A stretch of 64,000 nt of DNA, taken from assembly GCA_035221665.1 (NCBI GenBank), contig CM069131.1:81344001-81408000 (forward strand), written 5' to 3'. Shown here one piece after another: positions 25,640 through 39,200 of this stretch. The translations under genes and the position numbers were made by a program. A model generated the notes under the pieces. It had not been told where the DNA came from. It was given only the letters and a program-made list of their open reading frames with translations, and ran no database searches. Numbering within the stretch: the stretch's first letter is position 1; every line of letters starts with the position of its first letter. This DNA is from Okamejei kenojei. Its lineage: Eukaryota.

Positions 25640-25874
25640 ATACGAGTGAACATAATTTGTGAAGTTCAAGAAACATCTAAAACATCCTGGGAAGTGGAAC
25701 TCTTCAGTCATTTTACTGTTACATTTTTAATAATTACTAAATACAAAAGCATTCAGTATGAAACAATTCAAGTTGTGTTGAATGATTTCAGGAATATTAA
25801 CATGATCTAAAGGCGAAGTGAAACATTATATTAAAACAAAGAATATTAATCTAAATGCCATGCCATCACAATAT

Positions 25875-26192
25875 AGGGCAACACAGTGGTGCAGTGGTAG
25901 GATTGCTGCCTTACAGCCTCCAGAGACCCAGGTTCGACCCTAACTATGGAGGCTGTCTGTACAGAGTTTGCACATTTTCCGTGACTGGGTGGGTTTTCTC
26001 AGGATGCTCCGGTTTCCTCCCACACTCCAAAGATGTACACGTTTGTAGATTAATTGACTTTGGTAAAATTGTAATAATTGTTCCTAGTGTGTAGGATAGT
26101 GTTAGTGTATGGGGTGATCAATGGTCAGTGCAGACTCGGTGGGCCAAAGGGCTGGTTCCTGCACTGTATCTCTCAAGTCTAAAGTAAAGTAA
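25875..26192 (+). mobile_element. V-SINE (HE1-like)
   Basis: Full head, core and (TAAAG)n tail. Confidence 0.85.
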
Positions 26193-26279
26193 ATATAAGT
26201 GCTGTCTAGAGATTTAATTTGTTTACAAGATTTGCAACTTTAAAGGGACATCATAAAGGCAGGTTAAAGGCAATTTAAA

Positions 26280-27887
26280 AAAAAATCTTGATTCTCGGGT
26301 TACAAACTTTATCTGGGATTATAAAACATATAGAATTCATAAACGACATCTATGTAAACCCAAAGAAACGGGCGAATTGGCTCTCCCCAATTTCTTATAC
26401 TATTATTGGGCAACGAATATTAAAAATGTAATTTACTGGCTGGATAATGCATGCCAACAGGTAGACTGGTTAAAAATGGAGGGAGAGGATTGTTCGCCTT
26501 TTAATATAGGTGCGATTCTTCTCTCCCCAACAAAGTTGAAGAACACACTATATGATAAAAATCCGATTATTCGCAGCACTCTACGAATCTGGAGACAAGT
26601 AAAATCAACTTTTAAACTAAGAAATTTATCTCTTCTCTCACCAATAGCTAATAACCTTTTGTTCAAGCCATCTATTATAGATAAAACATTTACCTATTGG
26701 GAAAGACTAGGAATTAAAAAAACTTGCAGATCTCTAAGAGATGGGAACTCGTCTGTCATTTCAGGAATTACAGTCGATATACCATCTGAAAGGTAATCAA
26801 TATTTCAGATACCTTCAAATTCAAGACTATTTGAAAACATATACCCATGACTGCCAGATATATTAGACGAATGTATGAATAGAGACTCAGAGTCAAACAA
26901 TTTAACATCATATTTGTAAAACACCCTTCTAAATATAGAAATCCCATCATCAGACGCAATTAGAAGAGACTGGGAAGAGGAACTTGGCCTAAAAATTCCA
27001 AAAGGCAGATGGGAAGAAAATCTTTTATATATATATACAACTGTTTGATTAATGTTGGACATACTTTAATTCAATTTAAAACACTGCACATACTCTACTA
27101 TTCAAAGACTAAACTGAATAAGATCTTTCCAAATGTATCTCCTATCTGTGACAAATGTCTCCTTCAAGAAGCAACTATAACACATTCCCTCTCCTCTCGT
27201 ATAAAACTACATAACTTCCGGAAAATAATTTTTGAAATTTTCTCAAAAACATTAAAAACAGAACTGGATCCCCACGCGGAACTGATTATTCTTAGAACAT
27301 CAGAAGCCTGCCCTGAGCTATCAATATTTCAAAGATGTTTCCTTAATTACGGCCTGATAACGGCGAAAAAACTAATACTTCAATTCTGGAAAAATACATC
27401 GGCCAATACTCTTAAAATGTGGATTACAAACATGTCTGAGATGCTACATCTTGAAAATATGAGACTAATCTTAGCAGAAAAACCATAGCAGTTTTCGAAG
27501 ACATGGACACCATTCATTGATTTATTACAAGAATAGTATGATGCAACACAATTTTGCAATTATATTGAATTACGGATCGGGTGTTGGGTGGGAAGAGATA
27601 CAAAGTAGGTATATCATCACTTTTTGCTTTTCTTTCTGTTTTTGTCTTTTTATTTCTTTACGTTTTTCTTATTTCGTTTATTGCACTCTTTGGCTACACT
27701 TATTTGATAGTCTTGGGTTATATTTTTGCATTCATTTTTGCTTTTCCTCCTTTCTTCTCATCTTTAGCTAAAAATTAAAATTGAAGCTGTACAATAAATG
27801 TATGATGTCATATGCCGCGGTTTATACTTTTGTACACTGCTTCTAATAAAAATATTTAAAAAATAAAATTAAAATAAAAAAGAAAAA
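26280..27887 (+). mobile_element. L1-clade LINE, 5'-truncated ORF2 + 3' UTR + A-rich tail
   Basis: LALPNFLYYYWA, QFKTLHILYYSKTKLNKIFPNVSPICDKC..H (zinc-binding C-terminal region), T-rich 3' UTR, AATAAA at 27845 and an A-rich tail. Confidence 0.88.
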
Positions 27888-28215
27888 TCATGCCTGCCCA
27901 GAATTTAATGAAAGCTCAGCTGATTACCTGAATGCCACTTCACTGTACTAACTTCATAATTCTTGAATCCTTTATTTAACAACCTCTGTCTTGATATACA
28001 TATAGAAACTACAATCCCCGTATGGATAGAAAATCCCAAAGATAACTATTCTATGGGTAAAATAAAATGTTTTCTCATCTAAATCCTAAATAGGATTTCT
28101 CAAACCTAACTAGCTGATCCCATATTTAGAGTGACTTCTGGTCCTTGACAACCCAGTCAGGCAAAATATCATCCCTGCAACCACCTTATCAAACCCTGTA
28201 AGAATTCCGCTAACT

Positions 28216-28854
28216 TCCATCCAGCACTCAAATACACCCAGGATGAGGTGTTCCAAACCAGAGCATCGGAGATGTCCTCATTCTTTAGGGAACGCGAGTT
28301 CCCCTCTTCTACTATAGATGAGGCTCTCACCAGGGTCACTTCTAAACCCCGTAACTCTGCTCTCACTCCCCAGCCCCCCCACTCGTAACAAGGGCAAAGT
28401 CCCCCTTGTCCTCATATTCCACCCTACCAGCCGTCACATATAATAATCCACCCACATTTTTGCCACCTCCAACTGGATCGCAACACTGGCCACATCTTCC
28501 CATCTCCTCCCCTTTCGGCTTTCCGCAGACTGCTCCCTCTGTAATTCCCTGGTCAATTCGTCCCTTCCAACCCAAACCACCCCCTCTCCGGGCACTTTCC
28601 CTTGAAATGGCAGGAAATGCTACACTTGTCGCTTTACCTCCCCCCTTGACCCCATCCAAGGACCCAAGCAGTCTTTCCACTTGCGGCATCGGTTCACCTG
28701 CACCTCCTCCAACCTCATCTATTGCTTCCGCTGCTCTAGGTGTCAGCTGCTCTACATCAGTGAGACCAAGGGTAGGCTAGGCGATCGCTTCGCCCAACAC
28801 CTCCGCTCGTTTCGCAATAACCAACCTGATCTCCCAGTGGCTCAGCACTTCAAC

Positions 28855-28893
<39 letters not shown>

Positions 28894-29228
28894 CATTCCG
28901 AATCCGACCTTTCTGTCCTGGGCCTACTCCATGGCCAGAATGAGGCCCACCATAAATTGGAGGAGCAGCACCTCATATTTCACTTGGGTAGTTTACACCC
29001 CAGCGGTATGAACATTGACTTCTCCAATTTCAGTGTCACTGCTTTCTCCTTCCCCCCAGCACCGTCCCCTTCCCAGCTCTCTCACAGCCCACTGTCTCCG
29101 CTTCTTCCTTTCTTCTTCCTGCCCCCCCCCCACAACAGTCTAAAGAAGGGTCTCGACCCGAAATGTCGCCTATTTCCTTCGCTCCATAGATGTTACCTCA
29201 CCTGCTGAGCTTCGCCAGTTGTCTACCT
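28216..29228 (+). mobile_element. Penelope-like element, 3' part (RT thumb + GIY-YIG endonuclease)
   Basis: ORF 28681..29208 FTCTSSNLIYCFRCSRCQLLYISETKGRLGDRFAQH..PVAQHF..PSGMN; terminal hammerhead-like repeat at about 29138. Confidence 0.9.
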
Positions 29229-31279
29229 TAAGTTTCAATATCACTTCCAATTTTTCTTAAGTTTAGAGTGTCTCCTCATAGGAAAATTTTGCCATACCAG
29301 GAATGCATTGGTGTCATCTAGTGAGCCTTCATTGCACTTCTTTTATCAGAAGTATATCCTTCGTTTGGAAGAGAAATCATGCCTACATTATATACGGTTG
29401 GTGCAGTCTGTCAGGGCCCTATATAATATCATACGTTTACTCATGCTCTTGTTTCTGTGCAACATCACTGGTTTCACAACATTCCACTGTCCTCCATCTG
29501 CCAACCCATCAATCTTCACCAAGTCTATTCCCATATGCTGAGTTATTAGCATAATTTACATATATTTTCTTTAAAAACTATTATGGATTCCATTTAAACT
29601 GCACATAAGCTTTTAACAAATTGAGATTTTGTGCAATTCATCAGCATCTAACTCCGCCAAAGAGCTACATAATTTTCTACCAGTGCAGTTATTTTCACTT
29701 CAGCATTTCCCTGCATGTTCCAATTTATTGATGAAGTCAAAATAGATCAGGTGAAGATCCAGATTCCAACCATTCAACTAAACTTTGCCTCACTGGTGTT
29801 TGCAGTTTTATTAAGCTAAATAAATCTGAGAATACTCAATTCAAAAACAATTCTCAATAAGGTTGATGCTTGAAATTTGACTGTTGAAAACGTTTAGGTC
29901 AATAAGGAGACCATGAAGTCAACCATACATTGACCTTATTTTTTTGCTCCTAGTGTCTGCCATGTATTGCACTTTGTAGAGAAACACATTGAACCAATTA
30001 TTATTATTTTTTGGGTGGAAGGACAAGCAAGAGCAGAAAAAGAGATGAAATGTTGTTGATTTCCAAGAACAGCAGAATTGGAAAGGCATGTATAGACAAA
30101 AAAAATTGACAATTTTAATCCTTGAAATTAAGTTTTCAGGTTGAAGCAGAGAAAGCAATTAAGATTCCTGAGCCTGGTCAATCAACAATAATGGTGTCTA
30201 AAACAACCATTTAGACCTTTGTGGACAAATGCAAAGCTACCTTTTAGCAACAAAAATGACCCAGTTAAGTTCAAAGTTTCATCCAGGGAAAAGACAAGAT
30301 GACACCTTTAATTTTTGATTCTATTTGAGACTCCTAAAGAATCAGGTGTATTTCTTTTTTTTCTTGACAGATTTTCATCATTTCATCAAGTGAATGTTAA
30401 TAATAAATTTGCCAGGCAAGACAAAATAAGTTTGGTACCTTCAATGGGAATTTCCTAACCAACTCATTAACATTACCTTTATTCCTTTAAATGAGAAAGT
30501 TCTCCAATCCTACACAAAGGTAATTGCCATTATCATTTAAAATTAAAAATAGTTCAAATTAGATTAAAATGATACTTTTAGATTGTTGTAAATTGTAGTT
30601 TAAACACTGACATATTTGTTTTTCATTGGCCTGATCCAATGAGTTTTGTGAATGTTCATTTTATCTGCAAACATTTGATTTTTCACCAAGCACCACAGGA
30701 TACATTTCATATTTGGAAATATTTTAAAAGCACAAAATGTAATAGTAAACAATTTTAATTTTAAGAAAATACTATTTTTTGGACAGAAACACATTTTAAT
30801 TAAAAAATTTAAATTTAATTTTAAAGCCCGACTTTAATTTTTCATTGACGAAACTCTCAAGCTTGGAGTAACCATGAAATCCTAGCTCCAGATAAGCCAG
30901 CTCATCGTCTGCAGCATGATGGTCAGAACATGCAGCCAATAACTTGAAACTATTATGAAGGTTTCATGGAAGCATAATGACAGTTTATGATTTCAAAATT
31001 TGATCTTCATTACAATCTTCACCTAAGTTACAGCCAATGTTTATTGAGATTATCTTTGTTATCAAATGATTGCAGGTGTATCTACATGATAAAGCACCAT
31101 ATGAGCACATATGTTTTATTATAAACCAGCTGAACATGCTCAGTAAGTTGTGTATGAGTACAAAATAGTTTGGTTACTCACTCCAAGAATATAACACATG
31201 GAACATCAAGGAATGTACAATGTACAAAATTATGCTGTGAATGGCTGCATCCCTCAGTTGCTTACTTTCAGCAAACAAT

Positions 31280-31285
31280 TTTATT
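31280..31285 (-). terminator. Candidate polyadenylation signal of the minus-strand gene
   Basis: AATAAA on the minus strand about 255 nt after the stop codon, within an AT-rich 3' UTR. Confidence 0.5.
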
Positions 31286-31539
31286 AAATAGGATTTGGTA
31301 AAAATAAAATACATTCATAGAATGAAAAACCTTTGTACTTAAAATTGCAAGAAACAACAGGTAAAAGCACAACATGTTTGCATTTATCATATACAACACA
31401 AAAGTACAATAAAAAGACAGTATTAACCTATCAATACTGACTTCATTTCCCTTAGATTACTACAACAAATATAATTTATAATATAAAATGTACACAACTA
31501 ATTTTGTTGAGTTAAAGTGGCAACTTCGAACATTCTGTG

Positions 31540-31651
31540 TTATCGCCTCGTTCGTTTTGGTGGCACTTCTGTTTTTTGCTTTCTTTTGCTTTCTGGACTT
31601 GCTTCTCTTTTACGTCCTTGTTTAATCACAGGGGATGGTTGATTTCGTGAT
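31540..31651 (-). CDS. BOD1L1-like protein, terminal coding exon
   Basis: Acceptor TTCAACAG|, phase 2; (R)SRNQPSPVIKQGRKREASPESKRKQKTEVPPKRTRR* resembles, from recall, the basic C-terminus of BOD1L1 (SKTQLSPSIKRKREVSP...PVKKAKR). Confidence 0.75.
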
Positions 31652-32727
31652 CTGTTGAATGACAACATTTTATGACATACTGTAGACAATACAGATTTAA
31701 GATTTGTATTTTTCATTTTGGAATTTATTCCCAATACGAGCTCTTCCAACTTCAGTTCAACATTTCCTCAATGGCTTTACAGTATACATTAGATCGGGGG
31801 TGGGGGGGAGAAAGCCGGACGAGACCAGAGGCAGGATAAATCAGACAGGTAATAGGTGAACACAGGTGAGAGGGATTTATGATTGGTAGAAGGTTGGAAC
31901 AATGGCTGGAGATTACAACAGAAGGTGTGAGAAGAACAGATTGAAAAGCTGCAAATTGTGAAACCAGAGGAAGGAATGTCAGGGGAGGGGGAAGGAGATA
32001 AATAGGTGTGAGACCAGGTGTTAAAATTCCTGCTTCTAATTTACAATGAAAACATTTCAGGACCTCCCTCTGGCTTTACATTGGAGATGCAGGCCATGTC
32101 CTGCAGGTACAATCTTTATTATTTCTCCACCTACCATAACGCAACGACTGATGTTATATCTAGCAGGATGACTGTGCAATGTTACTGCAATTTCCAATCC
32201 AGTTATTGTTGCCCAGTGACAGTCAAAATAAAATATAAATTTACACTGTAATTAGAGCAGACTGCACATTACCAGAAAGCCTTGGGTGATATGTAAAGAA
32301 ACTAGGGTAAACCTTTGTTAATATGCAATTTGGAAATGTTTTAACGTAAATTTCATACTCAATTTATTTTGACATGCAAAATAAACTGTAATTCCACCAC
32401 TGCCACCATGTTATGTTTTGTGTTGCTTTGAAGGCTATCTTCAAGATAAAGAACGGAGAAAGCACTATGTGTCATAGTTTTCTTTTACTATTACAGGGCT
32501 CTACAGGCTTCTCATTCTGCAACTGCTCGCCCTAACTAGAACACATGACTTTACAACGTCATGCACTTAATTTGCATGTTACAACCCAGTTTCAATTATA
32601 ACAATATCTCAACAATACTTATGAACTGTATACAAAAAAGAATATCACTGTACCTCAGTACATTTGACAATAAAGTACCATTGAACCATTGAGTTTGGAC
32701 CTTAGGGGATTTATAGGATGTTCTTAC

Positions 32728-32907
32728 CTTGTCACTGATACTGTTGCTGAAGATTTTCCTGCCTTTGAATCTGCTGTTAGTTTCTCTTTTGCCAAAGTCG
32801 ATGAACGTCGCTCTCGTTCAGGTACCGACAAATGCTCGAGATTGCTTACTTTCTTTGCTGCACGAGTGTTTGGTTTATTCTGGCTACTCACATCATTTGT
32901 CTGGTTT
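32728..32907 (-). CDS. BOD1L1-like protein, penultimate exon
   Basis: TTTTTAAG| ... AG|GTAAG; 180 nt, phase 2-2, open: NQTNDVSSQNKPNTRAAKK...SVPERERRSS...VSVT. Confidence 0.75.
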
Positions 32908-33602
32908 CTTAAAAAGGAAATCAGAGCTATGTATTAAGCATTCACAGCAAATATTTACCCTATGAAAATAATTCACTTCTGCAATTCCGAGGAACTCTGA
33001 ATTATCTGATGATCATTTATGCACTATCCTGATGGTGAGCTTACATACTGGTGCAAAAATAGTACAATGCTTTCTCAATCAATTGCAAACGATCTAAGAC
33101 AAAATATAGGTACTACAGAATTAGAAGTTAGTTCTGCACATTCAAGGTTTTGTGTGCAAATTGACCTGCAGCTTTTAGCTATATGGAAGAGAAACATACT
33201 TTACTCGAATGAGACCAACATAAATAGATTAATTGATCAATTAATACTTGTTTTTAAAACTTGCTCTTGCAATATTAGATGCAGAAAGAGTTGGCCTTCT
33301 CCCAAAGGGAGAATACAGATTTTCAATAAAAGGGCACATGTAATTTAAAAAAAAAGTCTCACTCCATTCATTGAAGTACCTCCCATTGGTTTGATATAAT
33401 GACAACGGGCATTTTCATGCTACATCCCAACACATAAGCTCTTTAGATGAAAATAATTATTGCAATTACACAATTAACAATACAAGTACCAACTTTAGCA
33501 GTTCAATAAATCATGGTAAATTACAAATATGTCAGTGGAGGGAGAGATTTTTTCAATCTGTCTAAACTGAAGGCAAATCTAATAACTAGATCCGAAAACT
33601 AC

Positions 33603-33717
33603 CTTGCTTTTTCTTCAACCTTTGATGTAATTTTCCCTCGAGATTGTGTTGCTTTTTCCTCATCTTGTACTTGAACTAATACAGCTTCAACAGGTTCATC
33701 CGCTGCAGATTCTGCCT
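33603..33717 (-). CDS. BOD1L1-like protein, internal exon
   Basis: ATCAG| ... AG|GTAGT; 115 nt, phase 1-2, EAESAADEPVEAVLVQVQDEEKATQSRGKITSKVEEKAR. Confidence 0.72.
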
Positions 33718-33863
33718 CTGATGCATAAAATAAAATACAGCAAGAAAACATCTAGGTAACTAAAGACTTAAATTCCTCCAAGATGTTTGTAATGCAGAAA
33801 AGGCCTCATGTTTCCTCTCTCCATAACTCAAAAATGAAAAGCTGAGATTACAGTTTAATGTAC

Positions 33864-33978
33864 CTGATTGAAGTAGTCTCCTTTTAGGAGGATTTTCCAC
33901 TGGAGTGTATGGACGCTTAGGTTTCCTTTCTCTTTTAGAGGAACTTTGCTCTTCAGCACCTTTGACAGATTCCCCAGT
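33864..33978 (-). CDS. BOD1L1-like protein, internal exon
   Basis: AATAG| ... G|GTACA; 115 nt, phase 0-1, TGESVKGAEEQSSSKRERKPKRPYTPVENPPKRRLLQS. Confidence 0.72.
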
Positions 33979-34782
33979 CTATTTTGGAAGGAAAGGCTGC
34001 ATTAATAGTTTGCATACAATTCCTTTAAAAACAAGTTACATCTGAGCATAAATGCGACACTATCATCATTTTGGTCCTTAAACAGGTTTCACCTGCTAAG
34101 ATATCTATGGAATCAATGAATTTGTATGAAAGGTTCAGTCATTACAATGCAGCAATCTGCCTATAAACTATTCACAACTTTACAAGTCATTGATTGCACA
34201 ATGCACCAATGTTTTAGATGTAAAAAGCATTACCTAAATGCATATTTAATATTGCCAGAAGTTTATATGACCAGTACGCACACCTAGATGTTTGACACAG
34301 TGAATTGAGACTAATTGCAAACAGCAATAAATACACTCATCAACTGGGCTAATGTGAGGAATAACAATAGGAATAGCCATTAGTGATGAAATCATTACAA
34401 AGTTTGGGCTAGAGCCATGGCCTCCAGGAGTGAAGAACATTGGAGAGTACAAAAATACTGTAATGAATGAAAGACTGACAGAAACCGTACAATCACACCA
34501 TAATTATTTATAAAAGAAAACTGGCTGTCATATTCTAGCATTACCAACTAAATTACAACAGAACACTCCACCTTGGTCTCAAAGTATCAGTACATCTAAT
34601 GCAGAGGCTCACCACTCTCTGTGTGAAAAATGTTTTCCTCATCTTGGCCCTAAAGGAATTATGACGATGATGAAACAATTAGCAATGCTGGCCCAAGACC
34701 TATTTTATAGGGTCTTGCAAGTATAGAATATAAACAAAGTGACAATTGGATTCTTGAACATAAACTCAGCCTTGTAAGATCC

Positions 34783-35240
34783 TAAGATGAGAAAAACATT
34801 TTTCACACAGAGAGTGGTGAGTCTCTGGAATTCTCTGCCACAGAAGGTAGTTGAGGCGAAGGAGAGAAGGGAGGTACGGGATACTGAGTTGGTTGATCAG
34901 CCATGATCATATTGAATGGCGGTGCAGGCTCGAAGGGCCGATTGGCCTACTCCTGCACCTATTTTCTATGTTTCTATGTAAGTCAGATACCAACTTCATA
35001 ACTTCTAGGAACAGAATAAGGCCATTTGGCCCATCAAGTTCAATCGTGGTTAATTTATCTTTTCCGCTCAACCCATTCTTCTGCCTTCGCCCCGCAATCC
35101 CCGACACCCTTATTAATCAAGAATCTGTCAATCTCCGCCTTAAAAATATTCATTGACATCTTCCATGGCCGTCTGCGGCAGTGAATTCCACATATTCACC
35201 ACCCTCTGATTAAAGAAATTCCTTCTCATCTCCTTTGCTG
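34783..35240. mobile_element. Two tail-to-tail CR1 3' fragments
   Basis: Plus copy ends in (TTTCTATG)n at about 34980; minus copy spans about 35000-35240. Confidence 0.75.
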
Positions 35241-35262
35241 AATCTACTCAACTCTAACTACT

Positions 35263-35563
35263 TGGGCGGCACGGTGGCACAGCGGTAGAGTTGCTGCCTT
35301 ACTGCGCTTGCAGCGGCAGAGACTTGGCTTTGATCTCGACCTCGGGTGCTGTCTGCATGGAGTTTGTACGTTTTCCCCGTGGGTTTTCTCTGAGATCTTT
35401 GGTTTCCTCCCACACTCCAAAGATGCAAAGGTTTGTAGGTTAATTGGCTTGGTATCTGTCAAAATTGTCCCTAATATGTGTGTAGGATAGTGTTAGTGTG
35501 CTGGTCGGTGCGGTCTCGGTGAGCCGAAGGGCCTTTTTCCGCGCTGTTTCTCTAAACTAAACT
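35263..35563 (+). mobile_element. V-SINE (HE1-like), full length
   Basis: GGGCGGCACGGTGGCACAGCGGTAGAGTTGCTGCC head, core, CTAAACTAAACT tail. Confidence 0.88.
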
Positions 35564-36243
35564 AGTGAACAACTTCTCACAAATCCACAGAACAAAATAG
35601 GATAAGAGAATTTTTTTCCACTTGTTGGATTATCTGGATCTAGCTGAGAACAAATACTAACATCAAACCATTGAATAAAATGCCACCCCCCCAAAAGAAT
35701 TATCCATCCATTATAACGACAAAGTTAAGAAATAATGGAAATAAAGTGATTTGCATTATTCAATGATTTTGAGACAAATCTTTTAAGTTTGGGTGAGCTA
35801 AATTTAACTGTGAATTGGGACAATAATTTGTTCCTGATAGCGAGCTAAGGCATAGTTCCATTTGGAACTGACATTACCAAAGCACAAATGAATGAAATGT
35901 TAGAATTATATAACAATCAAATCTTGGGGCAGATTCTGAAGAAATCTACAAGATATCACTGTGCATACATGAAGTCTGAAACTGAGTAGCATGGATGGCT
36001 TCAACTGTTGAAGTTAAAAGCAGGGTAAAACTGAAGGTTGATTTAGAAGAGTCTTTGGAGTGTCAACGCATATACAGAGCTGAATGGGGTTGAAGAGGAG
36101 AGGATGTCAAGGTTATACCTGGGTCAGTAAATATGAACATGAATACCAAAACTGTGGGGTCAACAGGGAGACTGAAAGCAAATGGCACAAACAGAACAGG
36201 ATAGGTAATGGAAGGAACATTTATGAATGAACTGTAAGCTAAT

Positions 36244-39200
36244 TGCAGATTGGTTACTTCACACTAACCAATGTAGTGCTTTATTATTGGAAGCTCCGCC
36301 TACTACACTGAACATGATGCTAATTTGAAAAAAGTATTAGACCATGTTAAAGACATCCACCTTAAGCTCAATCCTCTAAAATGCAAATTTCTTGTCACAG
36401 AGGTCAACTATGTCGGACATGCATTCACCAGTGATGGCCTCAGACCAACCCCTCCATGACCACTGCCATCAACGAGATGCCAGCTCCCACTGACGTTACG
36501 AGTTTACAGAGATTCCTAGAAATGGTCAACTACTTGGGGAAATTCATTCCCAACCTCAGCGATATATCTGCTCCCCTGCGAGAACTGACTCACAAGGACA
36601 CTGCCTGATCCTGGTATCCACAACACGAGAGAGCTTTTGAAATCCTTAAATTGCAATAGGCCAGTGCTCCAACCCTCGCCTACTTTGCTTTGGAGTGGCC
36701 GGTGACGCTCACGTGTGACGCATCCCAATGTGGACTTGGCACTGCTTGCCTACAGACTTCCACCGAAGGTGAGAGCAGACCTGTTGCTTACGCCTCTCGT
36801 ACCCTATCTGAGACTGAACAACATTATGCCCAGATCGAAAAAGAATTGCTGCTGTGGTATTTGCCTGCACAAAATTCAAGGACTTATTTTTTTGGCAAGT
36901 CCGTGACTGTGGAAACAGACCACCAGCCGCTGGTCATCATTCTGAACAAACCCATTCACGCCGCTCCAGCCCGCCTGCAATGGATGATGATGCAGCTACA
37001 GTGTTTCGATTTCACCATAGTCTACAAAAAGGACAAGGACTTGCACCTAGCTGACATGCGATCAAGAGCCCCACGCAAAACCTGCGAATAACAGCCCTCA
37101 GAACAAGACCAGTTCACAGTAATGATGGTGTCGTACGTACACACTGAATGCCTAAGTAGCCTGGCAGAGCACACGGCTGCAGATAAAACTCTGCAACTAC
37201 TGTCCTCAGTCATCCGGCGTGGCTGGCCAGATAAACAACATAGTACCCCACTTGCGATTCGCCCATACTACCTGGTTCGCGACGAACTGGTGCTTCAGGA
37301 CGGTGTCATAATCAAGGGTCATAATGCAGTCATCCAAGCTGTTCTTCTTGACAAGTACTTTGATGCCATCCACACGGGCCACCCCGGTGTGGAAGCGACC
37401 TTACAACAAGCATAGAAGGTAGACAGAAATGCTGGAGAAACTCAGCGGGTGCGGCAGCATCTATGGAGTGAAGGAAATAGGCAAGGTTTCGGGCCAAAAC
37501 CCTTCTTCAGACTGAGGCAGGGTATGGGGGGGGCGGGAAGAAGAAGAAGAGGAGCCAGAGGGCTGAGGGAGAGCTGAGAAGGGGAGGAGACAGCAAGGGC
37601 TACCGGACATTGGAGAAGTCAATGTTCAGGCCACTGGGGTGCAGACTGCCCAAACGGAATATGAGGTGCTGCTGCTCCAGTTTCCGGTGGTGATCACTCT
37701 GGCAATGGAGGAGGCCCAGGACAGAGAGGTCGGATATGGAATGGGAGGGGGAGTTGAAGTGCTGAGCCACCGGGAGGTCAGGTTGGTTAATGCGGACCGA
37801 GCGGAGGTGTTCGGCGAAACGATCGCCAAGATTACGCTTGGTCTCATCGATATAGATCAGCTGACATCTAGAGCAGCAGATGCAATAGATGAGGTTGGAA
37901 GAGGTGCAGATGAACCTCTGTCGCACCTGGAACAATTGCTTGGGTCCTTGAATGGAGTCGAGAGGGGAGGTAAAGCAACACGTGTAGCATCTCTTGCAGT
38001 TGCAAGGGAAAGTGTCCGGGGAGGGATGGTGTGGGTGGGAAGGGAAGTATTGACCAGGGAGTTATGGAGGGAGCGGTCTTTGCAGAAAGCAGACAGGAGG
38101 GGAGATGGGAAGATGTGGCGAGTGGTGGGGTCACGTTGGAGGTGGCGAAAATGACGGAGGACAATTTGTTGTATGTGATGGCTAGCGGGGTGGAAAGTGA
38201 GGACTAGGGGGACTCTGCCCTTGTTCCGAGTGGGGGGATGGGGAGAGAGAGCAGTGTTGCGGGGTGTGGAAAAGACCCTGGTGAGAGCCTCATCTATGGT
38301 AGGGGAGGGGAACCCCCGTTCCCTGAAGAATGAGGACATTCCCGATGCCCTGGTGTGGAACACCTCATCCTGGGAGCAGATGCGGCGTAGACGGAGGAAC
38401 TGGGAGTAGGAGATGAAGTCCTTACAGGAAGCAGGGTGGGAAGAAGTGTAGTCTAGATAGCCATGGGAGTCAGTGGGTTTATAGTGGATGTCAGTCAAAA
38501 GTTATCACCTGCAATGGAGATAGTGAGGTCAAGAAATGGTAGGGAAGTGTCGCAAATGGTCCAGGTGTATTTGAGTGCCGGATGGAAGTTAGTTGCAAAG
38601 TTGATGAAGTTGTGTGTGGGTGCAGGAGGTAGCATCAATGTAGCAGAGGTAGAGGTCAGGGATCGGGCCCTGGTACGTCTCCATCAAGGATTGTTCGACG
38701 TACCCTACAAAGAGGCAGGCTTAGCTGGGGCCCATGCACGTGCCCATAGCTACACCTTATGTTTGGAGGAAATGGGAGGAGTCAAACGAAAAGTTATTGA
38801 GGGTAAGGACCAACTCCGCTAGGTGGAGGGGAGTATCAGTGGATGGGTATTGGCTGGTTCTCCGGTCGAGGAAAAAACGGAGGGCTTTGAGACCATCCTG
38901 GTGGGGGATGGAGGTGTAGAGTGACTGGACGTCCATGGTGAAGATAAGGGGGTGGGGGCCTAGAGAATGGAATGCACGGAGACGACGGAGAGTGTCTGAG
39001 GTGTCTTGAACATAGGTCGGGAGGGATTGAACCAGGGGGATCGGATGGAGTCAAGATATGTGTAAATAAGTACAATGAGCATGTTTTACTGGCCCGGTAT
39101 GACCGAGTATATATGCAAAAAAGTCAAAGCCTGCGCTGTTTGCATTAGTCTAACGCCACATCAACAGAAACAACCCTTGTTCTCACACCCTGTTCCTCTT

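Noticed and set aside
35263-35345. tRNA genes at SINE heads
   Set aside because: The A/B-box-like heads continue into the SINE core and tail; they are not standalone tRNAs.
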